64,000 nt of DNA from Vermamoeba vermiformis (lineage: Eukaryota). The DNA lies in contig JBEWZL010000030.1 of NCBI GenBank assembly GCA_045837725.1, positions 124,001 through 188,000 of the forward strand, read 5' to 3'. Under the pieces are notes generated by a model, which saw only the letters and a program-made list of their open reading frames with translations, searched no databases and was not told the DNA's origin. This document shows, in pieces, positions 37,576 to 50,966 of the stretch. The position numbers were made by a program, and so were the translations under genes. How positions within the stretch are numbered: position 1 is the first letter of the stretch; every line of letters begins with the position of its first letter.

Positions 37576-38628
37576 ATGACCGAACCAAAAGCTACAAAGG
37601 ATGATATTTCCAAGGTATTTAACCATAACCCCATTGAATGTGGCACTAAGCTAAGACCCCAGCAAATTTACTTAATTTACAATTATTAATTATTATTGAA
37701 GGATATCATCCACAATTATTGTTTATAAATATGCCATATTTTAAAATTATTGTTGGACTGTAACTCACCGAGCATATGTGCTCATAGTATTTTTTTAGAC
37801 ACCAAGTGCTTATCAGCCCAACGAAGACGATTCAAAACGACGTAAAATTGAACCAAACACAGAAGTTAAAAATGGCGAGCGAGAGAATGATGACTCAGAC
37901 AGAAATGAACGTCGCGAAGACAAATTGAAATCACGAGAAGACAAAGAGCGCACTGAAGACAGGCACAGAGACAAGTCACGTGATCACCATCGAGACCGCG
38001 ATTACGACAGAGACAGGGACCGCCGCGACAGAGATCGAGACAGGAGACGCGATGAAGATCGAGACAGAGACCGTGACTACGACCGTGACAGACGCAAAGA
38101 CAGGGACAGACGACGTGACGAAGACAGAGACAGAGATCGTGAATACAATCGCGACAGAGACCGTAATCGCAATAGAGAGCGCGATTATGACCGCGATCGA
38201 CGAGAGAGAGACAACACCAGTCGACACAGTCGCGACAGAACTGAGCGCGAGGAGAGAAAAGAGATCGCTCCTGCCGCACCACAGCCACAAGAGCAAAAAC
38301 AACAAGTGGAACAGAAGCGCAAATTGCTCTGGGCCAACAAGTCCACGAATGTAAGCCACTATCTGTCAGGTAAAATTCGTGCTAATGATCGAATCGACAG
38401 GCTAACAAAGTGAATCTTATGACATCAATGGCTGCTAGTCTCGGAGACAAGGGAGACAAGTTCTTAAAGCTGACAGGCGTCAAAAAACTCGAAGCCACTG
38501 CAAATATAACTGCGCCCGAAGTGAGCCAACCAGACATTGCGCAGAAGACAGCTGCAGTGTGGACTGATTTGGAGAAACAATATCAGCAAGGTCTGCATTA
38601 CAACCTCGAGAAGAAAGGTCTGTCGTAA
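37576..38628 (+). CDS. Arg/Asp-rich protein with C-terminal SMAP domain (RSRC2-like)
   Basis: Long RD-dipeptide tract, then KRKLLWANK, DKFLKLTGVK and DLEKQYQQG. Confidence 0.7.
37955..38215 (+). repeat. Low-complexity RD-coding repeat (GACAGA/GACCGT/GATCGA units)
   Basis: Encodes RDRDYDRDRDRRD... Confidence 0.85.
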
Positions 38629-39363
38629 ATAAATGTTCGCATAGAGATAGTCGTGTGGGAGGATCAAGGACGCCACGACAAGTGGCGAGACTTTATTACA
38701 AGGCATTCTCTTTCGACTTTTAAAGAGTCGACAACTTCGCAAGATTATACAAATGAACAATTACAAAGGGTGAAATTAACAACGGCAATAATGTTGGAAG
38801 AGGAAAGCACCAAGTAGTGCAATAACTGCTTGTTGCTCCTCTTGTGATTTTCCAGGCCACCAATGTGCCACAAGGACACGTCAAGTAGCTGGACGGACTT
38901 CCGCGCTGGTCACCGAGCAGCGAGTGCACCAATAGTGTGATGATGACATGCACTGCTCGGTACGCACGGACACCAAAAAAAGATGAGGGGTGAAGGGTAG
39001 ATGTGAGGGCAAGTGAAGGGAGGGTACTGATGTTCACACAGCCAGGCAGTGGAGACAACGATAACTGTCACGAAGCACGGCGAAGAAATGAGCAGGGAAC
39101 GAGAGAGCACGGGGTGTAGCGTCATCGACTTTACAGCAGAGGGTTGTGGTACGTGCGGCGGCCAATGTTATAATGTAAATGAAGCGTGGGTGTGCTGGTT
39201 CTCGTTGTGTTCGTTCTGCGTTGTGTTCAAACAGCTCGTCGTAACACCAAAGTGAGCGATGCAAACATAGTTGAAGTGGCCCAAGTGGGTCACTTGATGT
39301 TCGTCTCTCAAACAACATCGGTTGCTTAACGAGAGGCGAAAAAAATGGTGGTGGGAGTGGCGC

Positions 39364-41148
39364 CTAATCCAACATGAAGTGCACTTGTTGTTGGTGTTGG
39401 CGCACAAACTCGGGGTCTTGAAGAGCAGCTCGCCAAATAGCAGCAGTGGGCGTGGGGATCATGACTTGTCCGAGTTGGATGTATTGGTCCGGGAAGCCGG
39501 GGATTGTGTTATTATTGTTATTATTGGGGGTAATATTCATATCGCTATTGTTATTATTACATCGTGCATTATTGTTGGTATTGACATTGTTATTTACAGC
39601 ATTTGTAGGATATGGCACAGTGAATTGAGGAGTTGTCTTGCGAAGTTCAAGCTTCTCTTTTGAGGGTGAAGAGCCGAGACCATTGGAATCGATGAGCAGA
39701 TTTGGGTTCTCGGCAATAAACTTGGCGATTTCCTCTTGGCGCATTTGCCAGTTCTTTTGCGCTTCCATGTACTCGCGCTTAGAAATTTCGACCCAACTGG
39801 GAGGATCAAGACTCTTCTTGAGTTCAATCTTGTTGAAGTCAATCTTCTCAGCAAATGCGGGGATCATTGTGTTGCGAGGCCAAGGGGGGTTGTATATCTC
39901 GCTTGGAGGTCCACCAAGTTTCTTCTTGTGTGAGTGTTCGTTGTCGTCTTCGATCTCGATCACATTCTGAGGGATTTGTGAGATTTGAGGGGAGTGTACC
40001 TCCATAGAGCTGAGAGGTGTTTGTGGTTCTGAGGACATTGACAACGGTGTTTGAGGCGGAGTACGCGACTCGAGGATCCGTAACATCTGCTCCAAACGCT
40101 GTCGCTTTTCATTGATGCTTTCTTGGTTATCCATAACGGGCAACCCTTGCAACATCATCAATCTCATCTGTTGCTCTTCGTTGACAATCTGTTGTTGCAA
40201 CAATTGTACTTGAAGCTCGATCATTGTTCGTTCTTTGTTGCCAAGATCTTCACGCAACTTCTGACACTCGCTTTCACTGAGAGCAAGCTTGTTCATGAGG
40301 TCTTGAAACGAAGGTTAATAAATGTCGCACATCACAGCCAAACTAGACAAGGAGATTTCAAAAGATATTTTGCGATCGAAACTTGCGATCAAAATGTGAC
40401 CGTTGTTAAAATTAAGTAAAAAGATTTTTTATAACACCCTGACATTCGCACGATTATGTGGGAGATACGATAATCGTTAGTAGGTGAAAAGGAAACAAAT
40501 AAACATGATAAGAGAAAAATTAAATATTTTTCCTTTCTTACCAGATGTTACACGGCGAGAGATTTTGCCAGGGAGAAAGTGTCCGTGAGCGTCTCTTGGA
40601 CGAGCATTAGCCACTCGACTTTTATCTTGGTCGACAGGGCGATTGAAATTGCGCTTTTGTCTCTTCAATCTGTATTTCTGAAGCTTTGATTCTCTGATAG
40701 CAGCAGGTGAGATAGTGAGTTCTATTGGTTGCTGAGGTGTTTGTGGTTCGATAGTAGGGATAGGAGCCGCAGCTTGAGGTAGAGGCGGTCTTTGAGATGG
40801 GGGTAAGTGAGGTGATGTAGGTCGTGCTTGGGGTTGTTGCACGACTTGCGAGATTATTTGCTGATTTAAAGAGGTATTCTGTAACAGCGTTTGTACATGT
40901 CTTTCAATATAGGGTGTTAGGAGCTGAGCGTAAACTTGTTTTAGGAGATTAGGGTCAACGGGTTGTTGAACTGCTGGGTTTTGGGCTATAATATCTGCTT
41001 GTGGTTGGAATCCAGCTGGAGGATTTGATGTTGGAAGTTCGAATGATAGTTCTCCAATAGGATCTAAATCTTGACCGAGGATATCTACGGTATCTGGGTT
41101 GAATAATTCTTGATCGAAAGCCAACACATTATTGTGAAAAAAAGACAT
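39364..41148 (-). CDS. Putative transcription factor with CCT/NF-YA-like basic motif, Q/P-rich and coiled-coil regions
   Basis: IRESKLQKYRLKRQKRNFNRPVDQDKSRVANARPRDAHGHFL resembles the CCT motif. Two ORFs are joined by an AT-rich intron (about 40300-40540). Confidence 0.65.
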
Positions 41149-41353
41149 AATACAAAAATAAATAAGGGTAAAAATAAGGGTATTGTTGGGTTAAGGAACG
41201 GCCGCACAAAAATTTAAAAGTTCATTTTCGGTTCGTGTAGGCTGAACTGCCTCCCAAAGGAAAAATTCAAGGGAGGAAATTATTATTGCGGCCGATAATT
41301 TCCGCGATTTTACGAGAAGGGCATTAGCATGCTAAGACTAAAATTAACATGTT

Positions 41354-43105
41354 TTATTGCAAAAATACAACCATTGACCCAATAATACGCTTTGATACTG
41401 CCTGGTCCTGCAGCAAAAACGTTAGTATGAGATCTGGCGTACTAATGCGCTCCGAGCAGTTTACCTTGGTGTCTCTGTACATGAACCCATATGAGGGTGC
41501 TTGGCGCAATGATCCGCGTCGACTATACATGATAGCAAGGCTGAGCATACACAGGTGAGTTGTTTATCGATTAAACAAGACTGCTGGGTACGTACCAATT
41601 TACCTCGCCTGGTTGCGCTTGAACGAAGAGTTTCCGGTGCGTGTTGTGTCACCTACAAAACTAGATGAGCGTGAAAACTCATTTTTGTTATTTCGACTTC
41701 ACTCGATTCACTTACCATCATTGCTGGTACGCGACGAAGTCAGCGGTGCGGCAGTGGCTGAGTTCTGTCGGACCATCTGTACAACGATTAGTTCTATGTA
41801 ATCATTGCAATGAGACTGCTACTCACCTTATCAGTGTTGTCTTCGTGCTTGCTGTTGCTGTACCAGTCCCAGACATAGTCGTATTGGAAGTTGTTGCGAT
41901 AGAACAAGTCGCGGAACAACTTGCGCAAGTACTTGTAATCAGGCTTCTCTTCAAACTTGAGCGAGCGACAGTACTGAATGTACTTGATGAACTCTTCGGG
42001 CACTCCGTCACACAGCACGTAGACATCGGTGCGCAACTTCTTGTCGGTGATGCGCTGATACTTTTGCGACTTGGTGTTAGCTTGCAGTCCTTGCCAGGGC
42101 AGTTGACCCTTGATGAAATACATCAACACGTAGCCCAAGGACTCTAAGTCATCTCTGCGCGACTGTTCAATGCCCAAGTGCGTGTTGATTGAGGCATAAC
42201 GAGCAGTACCGGTTAGTTGTTTGTTCTCTCTGTAAGGTATATGTTGCTGTCATACTGGTCAGTACGTAGTCATGTTAAGATCGTGAATTCGTCTCTTACA
42301 AAAGTGCGGGAATCACGGAACTTCTTAGCGAGACCGAAGTCAATCAAGTGCACTCGATTGCGATGTCTGCCAACACCCATCAGAAAATTGTCCGGCTTTA
42401 CGTCGCGATGAACAAAGTTGCGGTTGTGTACGAACTCCAAGCGTCGGATCTGCCAAAAAAGAACTTGTTAAAAACCTCATGTAGAGATTGGATCAACGAC
42501 TTGTGCGTACCAATTGATCGGCTAACATCAACACAGTCTTCAAACTGAACTTGCGATTGCAAAAATTGAACAGATCTTCCAGACTAGGGCCTAACATGTC
42601 CATAATCATAACGTTGTAATCCCCTTCAGTATTGAAATAACGGACATTCGGTAATCCGACTAGGCAAGTTAATGTTATTTTGGTTCACAACATTATATAT
42701 AGAATCATTACCTGACCCGCCGAGTATCTTGTACAGTTTAGATTCGTAAAGTAATTGCGGATGTTTCGTTTTTGTTGGTTCCTAAAAATAGTTAGCTGGA
42801 TTCCGCGCAATAATATTAATAATTGATCTATCACTTACCAATTTTATAGCTACTTCTTCATTTGTAACGGTATGTTGGCCTGAAAAAAAATTTGAATATT
42901 GAGCAAAATAAATTTACAAAATATCAGCTAGTTACTTTATGAGATAATTTACAACTTGAGGTGCTATTATTATATGATTGAAAGAGGATATTTAAAATTC
43001 ATAACCAAATTAATTAACGAGGTGGTTACCTTGATAGATGTCGCCAAACGAACCACTACCAATCTTTTTGATTAATTTGAATTTCTGTCCGACTCTAATG
43101 TCCAT
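41354..43105 (-). CDS. Casein kinase I
   Basis: [73 protein letters not shown]. The C-terminal exons are approximate. Confidence 0.96.
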
Positions 43106-43480
43106 TGATAATTGATAGCGCTTGCTAATTAACGATGATTTGGTCGGTCAATTCAGGCTCAGATGCGTCAACAATTGGTTCAACCTAGCCTACGTGAATT
43201 CGGTGATCTCTATATGCCTGATCACCTTAGGTTTGCTTTATTGAGCTTGCAAAGTAGACTGAACTATTTTTACAGCAACACAAAGAGGTGGCTCTGGTCC
43301 CACAACAAATTCTGCAGGCAAACTACTGGTGCGCTGCTCCTACACGAAACGAAATGCATAAATATGTAACTATCGGCCTGTATTTTCTTTGTCTATTCAT
43401 AACCTTTGACTCTTCATTTCTTTAGCTTACGAAGTTAGCGTTATTAGACAGGTCATTCTGTTGTCAGATTCCAGATCTAG

Positions 43481-46400
43481 ATGGATTCACGGCTAGACAG
43501 GCTTTTTAGCTTGTTGGATTGTATCCTTTAATTATTGCAATTTTTCGCCTGATTTTTAATGGCGGTATTTTTGTTTTGGCAGAGATCAAGAATAATTAAC
43601 TTTTCAGATTGGCAAAAAGTGGTAAATTACTGCCTGGCGTCTGATTACATTTATGCATAATAATCTATTTACTAAAATTACCAATAACACCCCTTAACTC
43701 TCGATCGAAGCCGGTACAACAGCGGTAACCAGAAAAGCAGCAGCACAACAAATAGGAGAAATTCAAAAGTATCACCCGTACACGCTGTACAATCTCTTAG
43801 AACGGGTACGTAACGCGCTTGTGGTGCTGCAGTGCTTAGGACTGACAATTGACAGGCGCGTATCTTCTTGCACAACAAAAACTGGGACACACGTGCAGCG
43901 GCAGGCGAGGCTATTGAATGCATTGCCAACAATGTGCCGCTGTGGCGTCCATCGACTGAAGGTGAGTGCACGCGTACGAGTAGTGCCGAGGAGTGCTAAT
44001 CAATGCGTGTGACAGCAAGTGCCATGAAAGAGGCCGAGAAGAAAGAAGAGGGCGAAGAACAGAGTCTGTTCAACTTTGCAGACTTTGATATTGAGAAGGT
44101 GATGAAGCGCGGGGCTGTGCTCGTGGCCTCTGGTGGACAGGTGCGTGCAGTGTGACACCTGTCGTGGCACTCACTGACATGTTGGCAACAGGAATTCGAT
44201 GACGACGAGGCAGTGGATGACAAGACACGACTGGCCAATCAGCGCAAGCAATTGAAACAAAAGTTGGGCTTCACAGCACAGTTCAGCGAAGACGGACTGG
44301 TGGAGGACGATGATCTGATCGCCATGAAGAGCAAAGAGGAGATCGATCGACAGCGCCGCGAAGAAGAAGAGGCCAAGCGCAAGGCAGAGGAGATGCAGGC
44401 AGAGATGCAGCTCAAGGGACTGAGTGCTCGACAGCGCATTCAGGCCAAGAGAAAGCTGCGTCAGTCGGGCAAGGGTGAGCCAGATCCCAGTCGCAAGAAA
44501 CAGAAGACTGAAGACACGAGTGGTACGTGCGCAGGTGTGTGACTAGCAGCGGTGTACTGACGCGCGTGCAGACAAGAAGAAGCTGAAGACCGTAGTGACC
44601 GCACAGCCCTCCACGAGTGACAAGGTGGTGGTCGAGTCCGTGGTGGACACTGAGCGCACCTTTGACGATGAGAGCGAGTGGCCTCTGGAACGCTTCTGTG
44701 CCGAGCTGTTTGTGGACCTGTTCGAGTACGTACGCGGTGTGTGCCGTACATTTGACACTAACTTCTCGTGCAGCACGCGGTGGGAGGTCAGACACGGTGC
44801 TGCGATTGGTCTGCGCAGTGTGTTGAAGCGACACATCAATTCAGCGGGCAGACGAGGTACGTGAGACTAATGGCCATTGATAGGACTAATGTCTCGTCGC
44901 AGCGGAGACCAATCTCGAGGATCAGATGCGCGATCACTTGAAGTGGCGCGAGGATGCCACCATTCGCTGCTTGTGCGTGCTGGCACTGGATCGATTCAAC
45001 GACTTTTTGACGGACCGTGCGGTGGCACCAGTGCGCGAGACAGTCGCGCAAGTGCTGGCCATGCTGCTGCGGCACGTGGAGAAAGAAGAGAAGACGGAGA
45101 TCAAGTACGAGACCAAAGTGAAGCACGAGGAGAGCGGCGAGCACATGTGGACCGACAAACAGGTCTACGGGCCTGTCGTCCAGCTCGTGCAGAACACACT
45201 CCAATCGCTCTACGTGCTCACTAACCGCGCCACGTGGGAGGAGCGATTGAGTGGCTTCTTGGGCATCAAGTACTTGATGGCAACGCGCCACGACCTCGTG
45301 CACGAATTGTTGCCACTCGTGCTGCCTGCTGTCATTCAGGGGTGAGTGTTTGCAACTATTTACCGCGACAGTATTGTGCTGACACGTGTCACCAGCATTC
45401 AGGACAAAGAGGACGATGTGCGCATGGTGGCAGCAGAGGCCCTCGTGCCACTGATCAGCACCATCAGCGATCGATCGAGTGACGCAGAGATCAGTGCGCT
45501 GCTCGCCATTCTCTGGAACACCTTGCTCGATCTCGACGACTTGACTGCCTCCACCAGCAGTGTCATGACGCTGTTAGGTAACACTGTCCCTATCACACTC
45601 GCACCCCTCACTCACTCACTCTTCGTGCAGCGGAGTTCTATTCCATACCGCGTGTAGCCGCCATGCAGCCCGCGCAGCTCGGCACGCTCGATCAGCTGGT
45701 GCCACGACTGTGGCCCTTCTTCCGACACAACGTGCAGTCCGTGCGCAAGTGTGCGCTGCAGACCCTGGACAAGCTGCTGTCACTCAATCAAGAGGCGTGG
45801 AGTACCTGGGTGCCGCAGCTGTTGAGCGAGACACTGCAGATCTTGTATCAGAATGTGCTGCTGGAGCCGAGCGAGGACTTGGTGCGTGACTCGCAGCAGG
45901 TGTGGCAGAGGATACTCGAGCGCATTGATCCGCAGCTCGGTGTCAGTGCCACGCACGCACTGCTCGGCACGTGGTTCAAGCTGTTGTGCACACCCCGTGG
46001 CGTGCCGTTTGATCGCAGTGTCATGTTGATTGTCGAGCACCCCTCGCACAAGCAGCACAACGGCGCGGGGACCAATCAGAACAGCGCACAGCCCTCGCAA
46101 CAGGCGGGTGTGATTGACAACATCGAGGCCAGCACTGCTATTCGTGTAGCTGCAGCGAGGACCATGGCACACCTGATGAAGCTCTACTGTCACACCGAGG
46201 TAAGGCGACACTAGTGCCATATAAATGAGTACTCATCTTGGTGCAGCACGCGCCTGTGTACATCAATGTGGTGCTCGAACAGCTCAAAGCCAATGCCGCG
46301 AGCAAGCGACTGAGTTTGGCGATATTGATCGCTGAGTGGACGCAGCTCGTCACTGAGACCGCACGTGATCAGTTCCCTGCCACTGTGCGCGATCAGCTGC

Positions 46401-49400
46401 TCGACCTGCTGGCGGTGCGCAATGACAGCACACTGTACTACGACGAGGTGTTGGGACTGCTCACACATCTCAGCAACGACTGTCGCGTGCTCGTCAAGAG
46501 CTTTCAGAACATTGGCGTGCCCGTGCAGAGTCCGATCGATCTCTCGCCCACCTCGCTCATCTCCGTGGAGCTCGCTGCCTCCCTCGCGACTGCGTGGTAC
46601 GAGCAACAGATTGCACTCGTCACCGATCAGTCGGCTGCAGTCAAGGGACAGCCCACGGTGCGCGACAAGTTGGAGGCACGACGCAAGCGACTGATCACCA
46701 CCATGGGACACTTGGAGAGCGTGCAGACTGAGCTGCACATCTCTGTGCTGGCCTCACTCGCAGCTGCAGTCATTGCACTCGCACAACTGCCGCCCAAGCT
46801 GAATGCCATCATCAATCCACTCATGAAGAGCATCAAGGTAAGCAGCACAGGTGTGCGTAGTATTGCAGCACTCACCTCGCACAGACCGAACAAGAAGCAC
46901 CGCTGCAGCAACGATCAGGCCGCGCACTGGCACAGCTCATGTTGTTGAGTTCACGCCGCGAGCCCAATCCCAACACGATGATCACGCAGAATGTGATCAA
47001 AGCTCTGTGCGCGGAGGGACATCACAAGCTCGCTGCTCTCACGCGCGCTGCAGCCCCCGCAGCGAGTGTCACCGAGAGTGAGGACGGCGACGAGAAGAAG
47101 AAGCGTGGCCGCAAGAAAGAGAGCAGCGAAGTCAAGCCCGATGAGGACAATGCAGCTGTCAAAGAGGCGCGCTTGAGTGTGCGCGGTGCTCAATACACGC
47201 TGCAGGCCCTGGCAGAGGTGTTCCGCGGCACTCTGTTCGCGAGTCTGACGCGGCTGTGGGAACTGATCAGCGCGCCCTTCAAGAGTGCACTGATGAGTGC
47301 GCAGATCAGCACTGACCTCGATCAGCAGCTGATTGACGCGCTGCACGTGATCAGCACCGTGATTGGTCACGTGGATCAGTCGCTGTGGAGCGAGATCACG
47401 GAGCTGATGAAGATGATGATACAACTCATTCCCAAGCTGAGTGCCGAGACACGTGAACTGAATGCTGTCGCACTGGCACACATCTGTCACGTGCTCGGTG
47501 TGGAGGCCATGAAGATTGTGCTCGATCAGCTCGTGCCACTCTTGCAGCACCAGACCAATATCGACGCCAGATTGGGTGCTGCCGTTGCATTGCATCGTAA
47601 GTTGCCTAATTAGGCTATTTTGTGCCATCACGTGACTGACAATGTGCCACCAGACATCATCGATCGCCTCGGCTTCGACATAGTGCCGTACGTGATCTTC
47701 TTGATCATTCCTATCATGGGCCGCATGAGTGATCAGAGCATACAAGTGCGCAAGACAGTCACGTTCAGCTTCGCCACGCTCATTCGACTCATGCCCCTCG
47801 AGCGCGGCATACCAGATCCGCAGGGCTTCAGCGAGGAGTTGATCAAGCAGAAGCAGAAGGAGCGCCACTTCTTGGAACAGCTGCTCGATGGCAACAAGCT
47901 GGACAACTACGACCTGCCCATCAAGATCAACGGTGAACTGCGCCAGTACCAGCAGGAGGGTGTGAATTGGATGGCCTTCCTCAACAAGTACAACCTGCAC
48001 GGCATATTGTGCGACGACATGGGACTCGGCAAGACACTGCAAGCCATCTGCATCCTCGCCAGCGACGACATTGAGCGGCGGCGTCGGTACCGCGAGACCC
48101 CGAGTCCCGAGTGCATTCCCCTGCCCTCGCTGGTGATCTGTCCGCCCACGCTGATTGGTCACTGGGAGGACGAAGTGCTGCGGTTCTGCGGTCCCGGCAC
48201 CAAGACGCTGCAGTACCTCGGTCCCCCTGCTGAGCGTGCACGACTGCGCAGCATCTTCAACGAGCACCAGTTCATCATCATGTCGTACGACATTGTGCGC
48301 AACGACATTGACACCTTGGAGAAGCTGCAGTTCAACTACGCGGTGCTGGACGAGGGGCACATCATCAAGAACGCCAAGACCAAGATCACACAGGCAGTCA
48401 AGCGTATCCGCGCCCATCACCGCCTCATTCTCTCGGGCACACCGATTCAGAACAACGTGCTCGAGCTCTGGTCGCTGTTTGACTTCTTGATGCCAGGCTT
48501 CCTCGGCGATGAGAAGCAGTTCAACGACCTCTATTCCAAGCCCATTCTAGCCTCGCGCGATGCCAAGGCCTCGTCCAAGGAGCAAGAGGCCGGTGAACTG
48601 GCCCTCGAAGCACTGCATCGTCAAGTACTGCCCTTCGTGCTGCGGCGCGTCAAAGAAGATGTGCTGCACGATCTGCCGCCCAAGATCATTCAGGACTATC
48701 ACTGCGAGCTCAGTCCGCTGCAGGTAAGTGTGATGCGTGGCACTGCTGGCACCTGGCACTCACGCACCCCATGTAGGCACGCTTGTACGAAGACTTCTCC
48801 AAGACGGGCATGAAGCGCGAAGTGGAAGGTGAGATCAAGCACGATGCGGAGAGCGGTCAGGCGGAGAAGAGCAATCACATCTTCCAAGCGCTGCAATATC
48901 TGCGCAAGTTGTGCAGTCATCCGTGTCTGGTGCTCGACGAGAATCACCCCGAGTACCCGCAACTCACGCACGAGCTGCAGCAGTCGGGCTCGCATCTGCA
49001 CGACATTCAACACGCACCCAAACTGCTCGCCCTCAAGTACGTGCCTCTATGTCATGCGTGATTGTAGCGCTATCAGTACTGACCGCGCACTAGGGAACTG
49101 CTGCACGAGTGTGGCATTGGTGTGACGAGCAAGACAGCGCACGACAAGACCGAGCTCGTGGAGTCGGTGGTGTGTCAACATCGCGTGCTCATCTTCTGTC
49201 AGATGAAGACCATGCTCGACATTATCGAACAGGATCTCTTCAAGGCACACATGCCCACCGTCACCTACATGCGCTTGGACGGCACGGTGCCCACCAATCA
49301 GCGCACGCAGCTCGTGTCGCGCTTCAACAACGACATCTCCATCGACTGCATGCTGCTCACCACCGCCGTGGGTGGGTTGGGCCTCAATTTGCAGACTGCA

Positions 49401-49832
49401 GACACGGTGATCTTTGTGGAGCACGACTGGAACCCGATGAAAGATCTGCAAGCGATGGACCGCGCACACCGCATCGGCCAGAAGAAGACGGTGAATGTGT
49501 ATCGACTGATCACACGCGGCACCTTGGAGGAGAAGATTATGAGTCTGCAGAAGTTCAAGCTGAACATTGCCAACAGTGTGGTCAACAAGGACAATCAGAG
49601 CTTCCAATCGATGGACACCTCGCAGCTGCTCGATCTGTTCAACTACAACAACGCCGCACCGCACACGCAGCACAAGAGCGAGGTGAGTGACAGCGAGGCC
49701 AGTGTGCAGGCTGTCAACTCGGCCACGCAGCACAAGGGCATTGGCGCTCTGCTCAATTCACTCGGCGAGCTCTGGGACGAGTCGCAGTACGAGGAGTACG
49801 ACCTCAACTCGTTCATTAAGAGTCTCAAATAG
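43481..49832 (+). CDS. BTAF1: TBP-associated SNF2 ATPase BTAF1/MOT1
   Basis: [30 protein letters not shown] N-terminus, HEAT region, GILCDDMGLGKT, DEGH, LSGTPIQNN and QAMDRAHRIGQ. Confidence 0.96.
43521..43710 (+). other. U12-type (minor spliceosome) GT-AG intron 1 of BTAF1
   Basis: 5' splice site GTATCCTTT; branch site CCCTTAAC ending 12 nt before the 3' end. Removal restores the conserved LLD-S-GTT. Confidence 0.9.
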
Positions 49833-49900
49833 GCACCGGCCTGTCTCGCGCACCACATCCAACATGTAAAATAAAATACAGTTATATATATAGCACAACT

Positions 49901-50746
49901 TTACAGGAGTCGAGTCTCAGTGACACATATCAGATCTGCGCACTTGAGAGTGAGTGGCGTGTGGTCCGATTGATATTGTACTGCTAGCTCGCCTAGTCGC
50001 AGGAGTTGCGCGATGACAGTGGATGTGCTCTGTGCGTCCTGCGCAATGCTGTCAGCCACTAGCACTAGGGGGTGTACTATATAGACATACCTCTGTATCG
50101 CAGTAATGAATCGCCAAGTCAAACAAGTCCTCCATCGTATCAATTTCGTGGATCAGGCCCGTGGACAACTGGGACGGATCCTCTTCTGCACAACAATGCG
50201 TCAGCTATCACCCAACAACAGCATATTCGTGCGCACTTACTGGTAACTACGACGAGAGATGTTCTACCGATGAAGTACTCGAAGCTTATTTTCGTGAACT
50301 GGGATCGGAGCCAAGCGAAATCGATGGTAACAGGATCGAGCAGGATAATTAAATAATCGATGCGTGGTCGTGGCTTAGAACGTGCTTTTTCGAAGGGCAG
50401 ATGGTCAATAGTGCGCCTGGAAGAGGTTCAGTACTCGATCGATAATAAAAGTGCTTCGTTTGTCCTCGTGCTCCGTGTGAACGGCGAGATAATAGGCGAT
50501 ATATTGAGCACTTACACTTGGAAATTAATCGCATGCGCCCTTTGAGAAGCTGCGGCAGAGATGCGCGCCACCATGTCATCTCGCAATTTGGACTTCGGTG
50601 CAATCAACTAAAAAGAGGAGAAATATTAATGCGCGCTCTTATTGATAGTATAACAACGCGTTAGTAATTTAATTGCTCGATCTGCTCACCAAGTAAGTTA
50701 CACAAGGCGTGCTTTGACGCAGCGGAAAGTCATCGACAGCCAGCAT
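49901..50746 (-). CDS. CENPM: Centromere protein M (CENP-M), 5 exons
   Basis: Hand-spliced: MLAVDDFPLRQSTPCVTYLLIAPKSKLRDDMVARI...QVRTIDHLPFEKARSKPRPRIDYLIILLD...EYFIGRTSLVVV...IHYCDTEDAQSTSTVIAQLLRL. The RPRID and 'F.G+' motifs and the length fit CENP-M. Confidence 0.8.
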
Positions 50747-50966
50747 GGAGAAGAAGGAAGTGTGAATATGTACAAGATAGGGAGTCAAGTAGCGAACACT
50801 GGACGGGTTTGTTGTGTTCGCAGCCCTTCGATAATTATTTGAGAAAAGTGCCTTTGATGCTTCACCGACCGTGAAAAATTCAATTTGAAATTCACTGAAT
50901 AAAAGACAACAGTGACACGAGGCGATGGTACAATAACAATTTATTACAGGTCATACTACAAGTACT

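Noticed and set aside
37955-38215. Repeat array that might be CRISPR-like or satellite
   Set aside because: It is in-frame RD low-complexity coding sequence with no spacers.
46951-48420. 489-aa minus-strand ORF
   Set aside because: Antisense shadow of the BTAF1 coding sequence with no recognisable motifs. The same applies to most short overlapping ORFs in the track.
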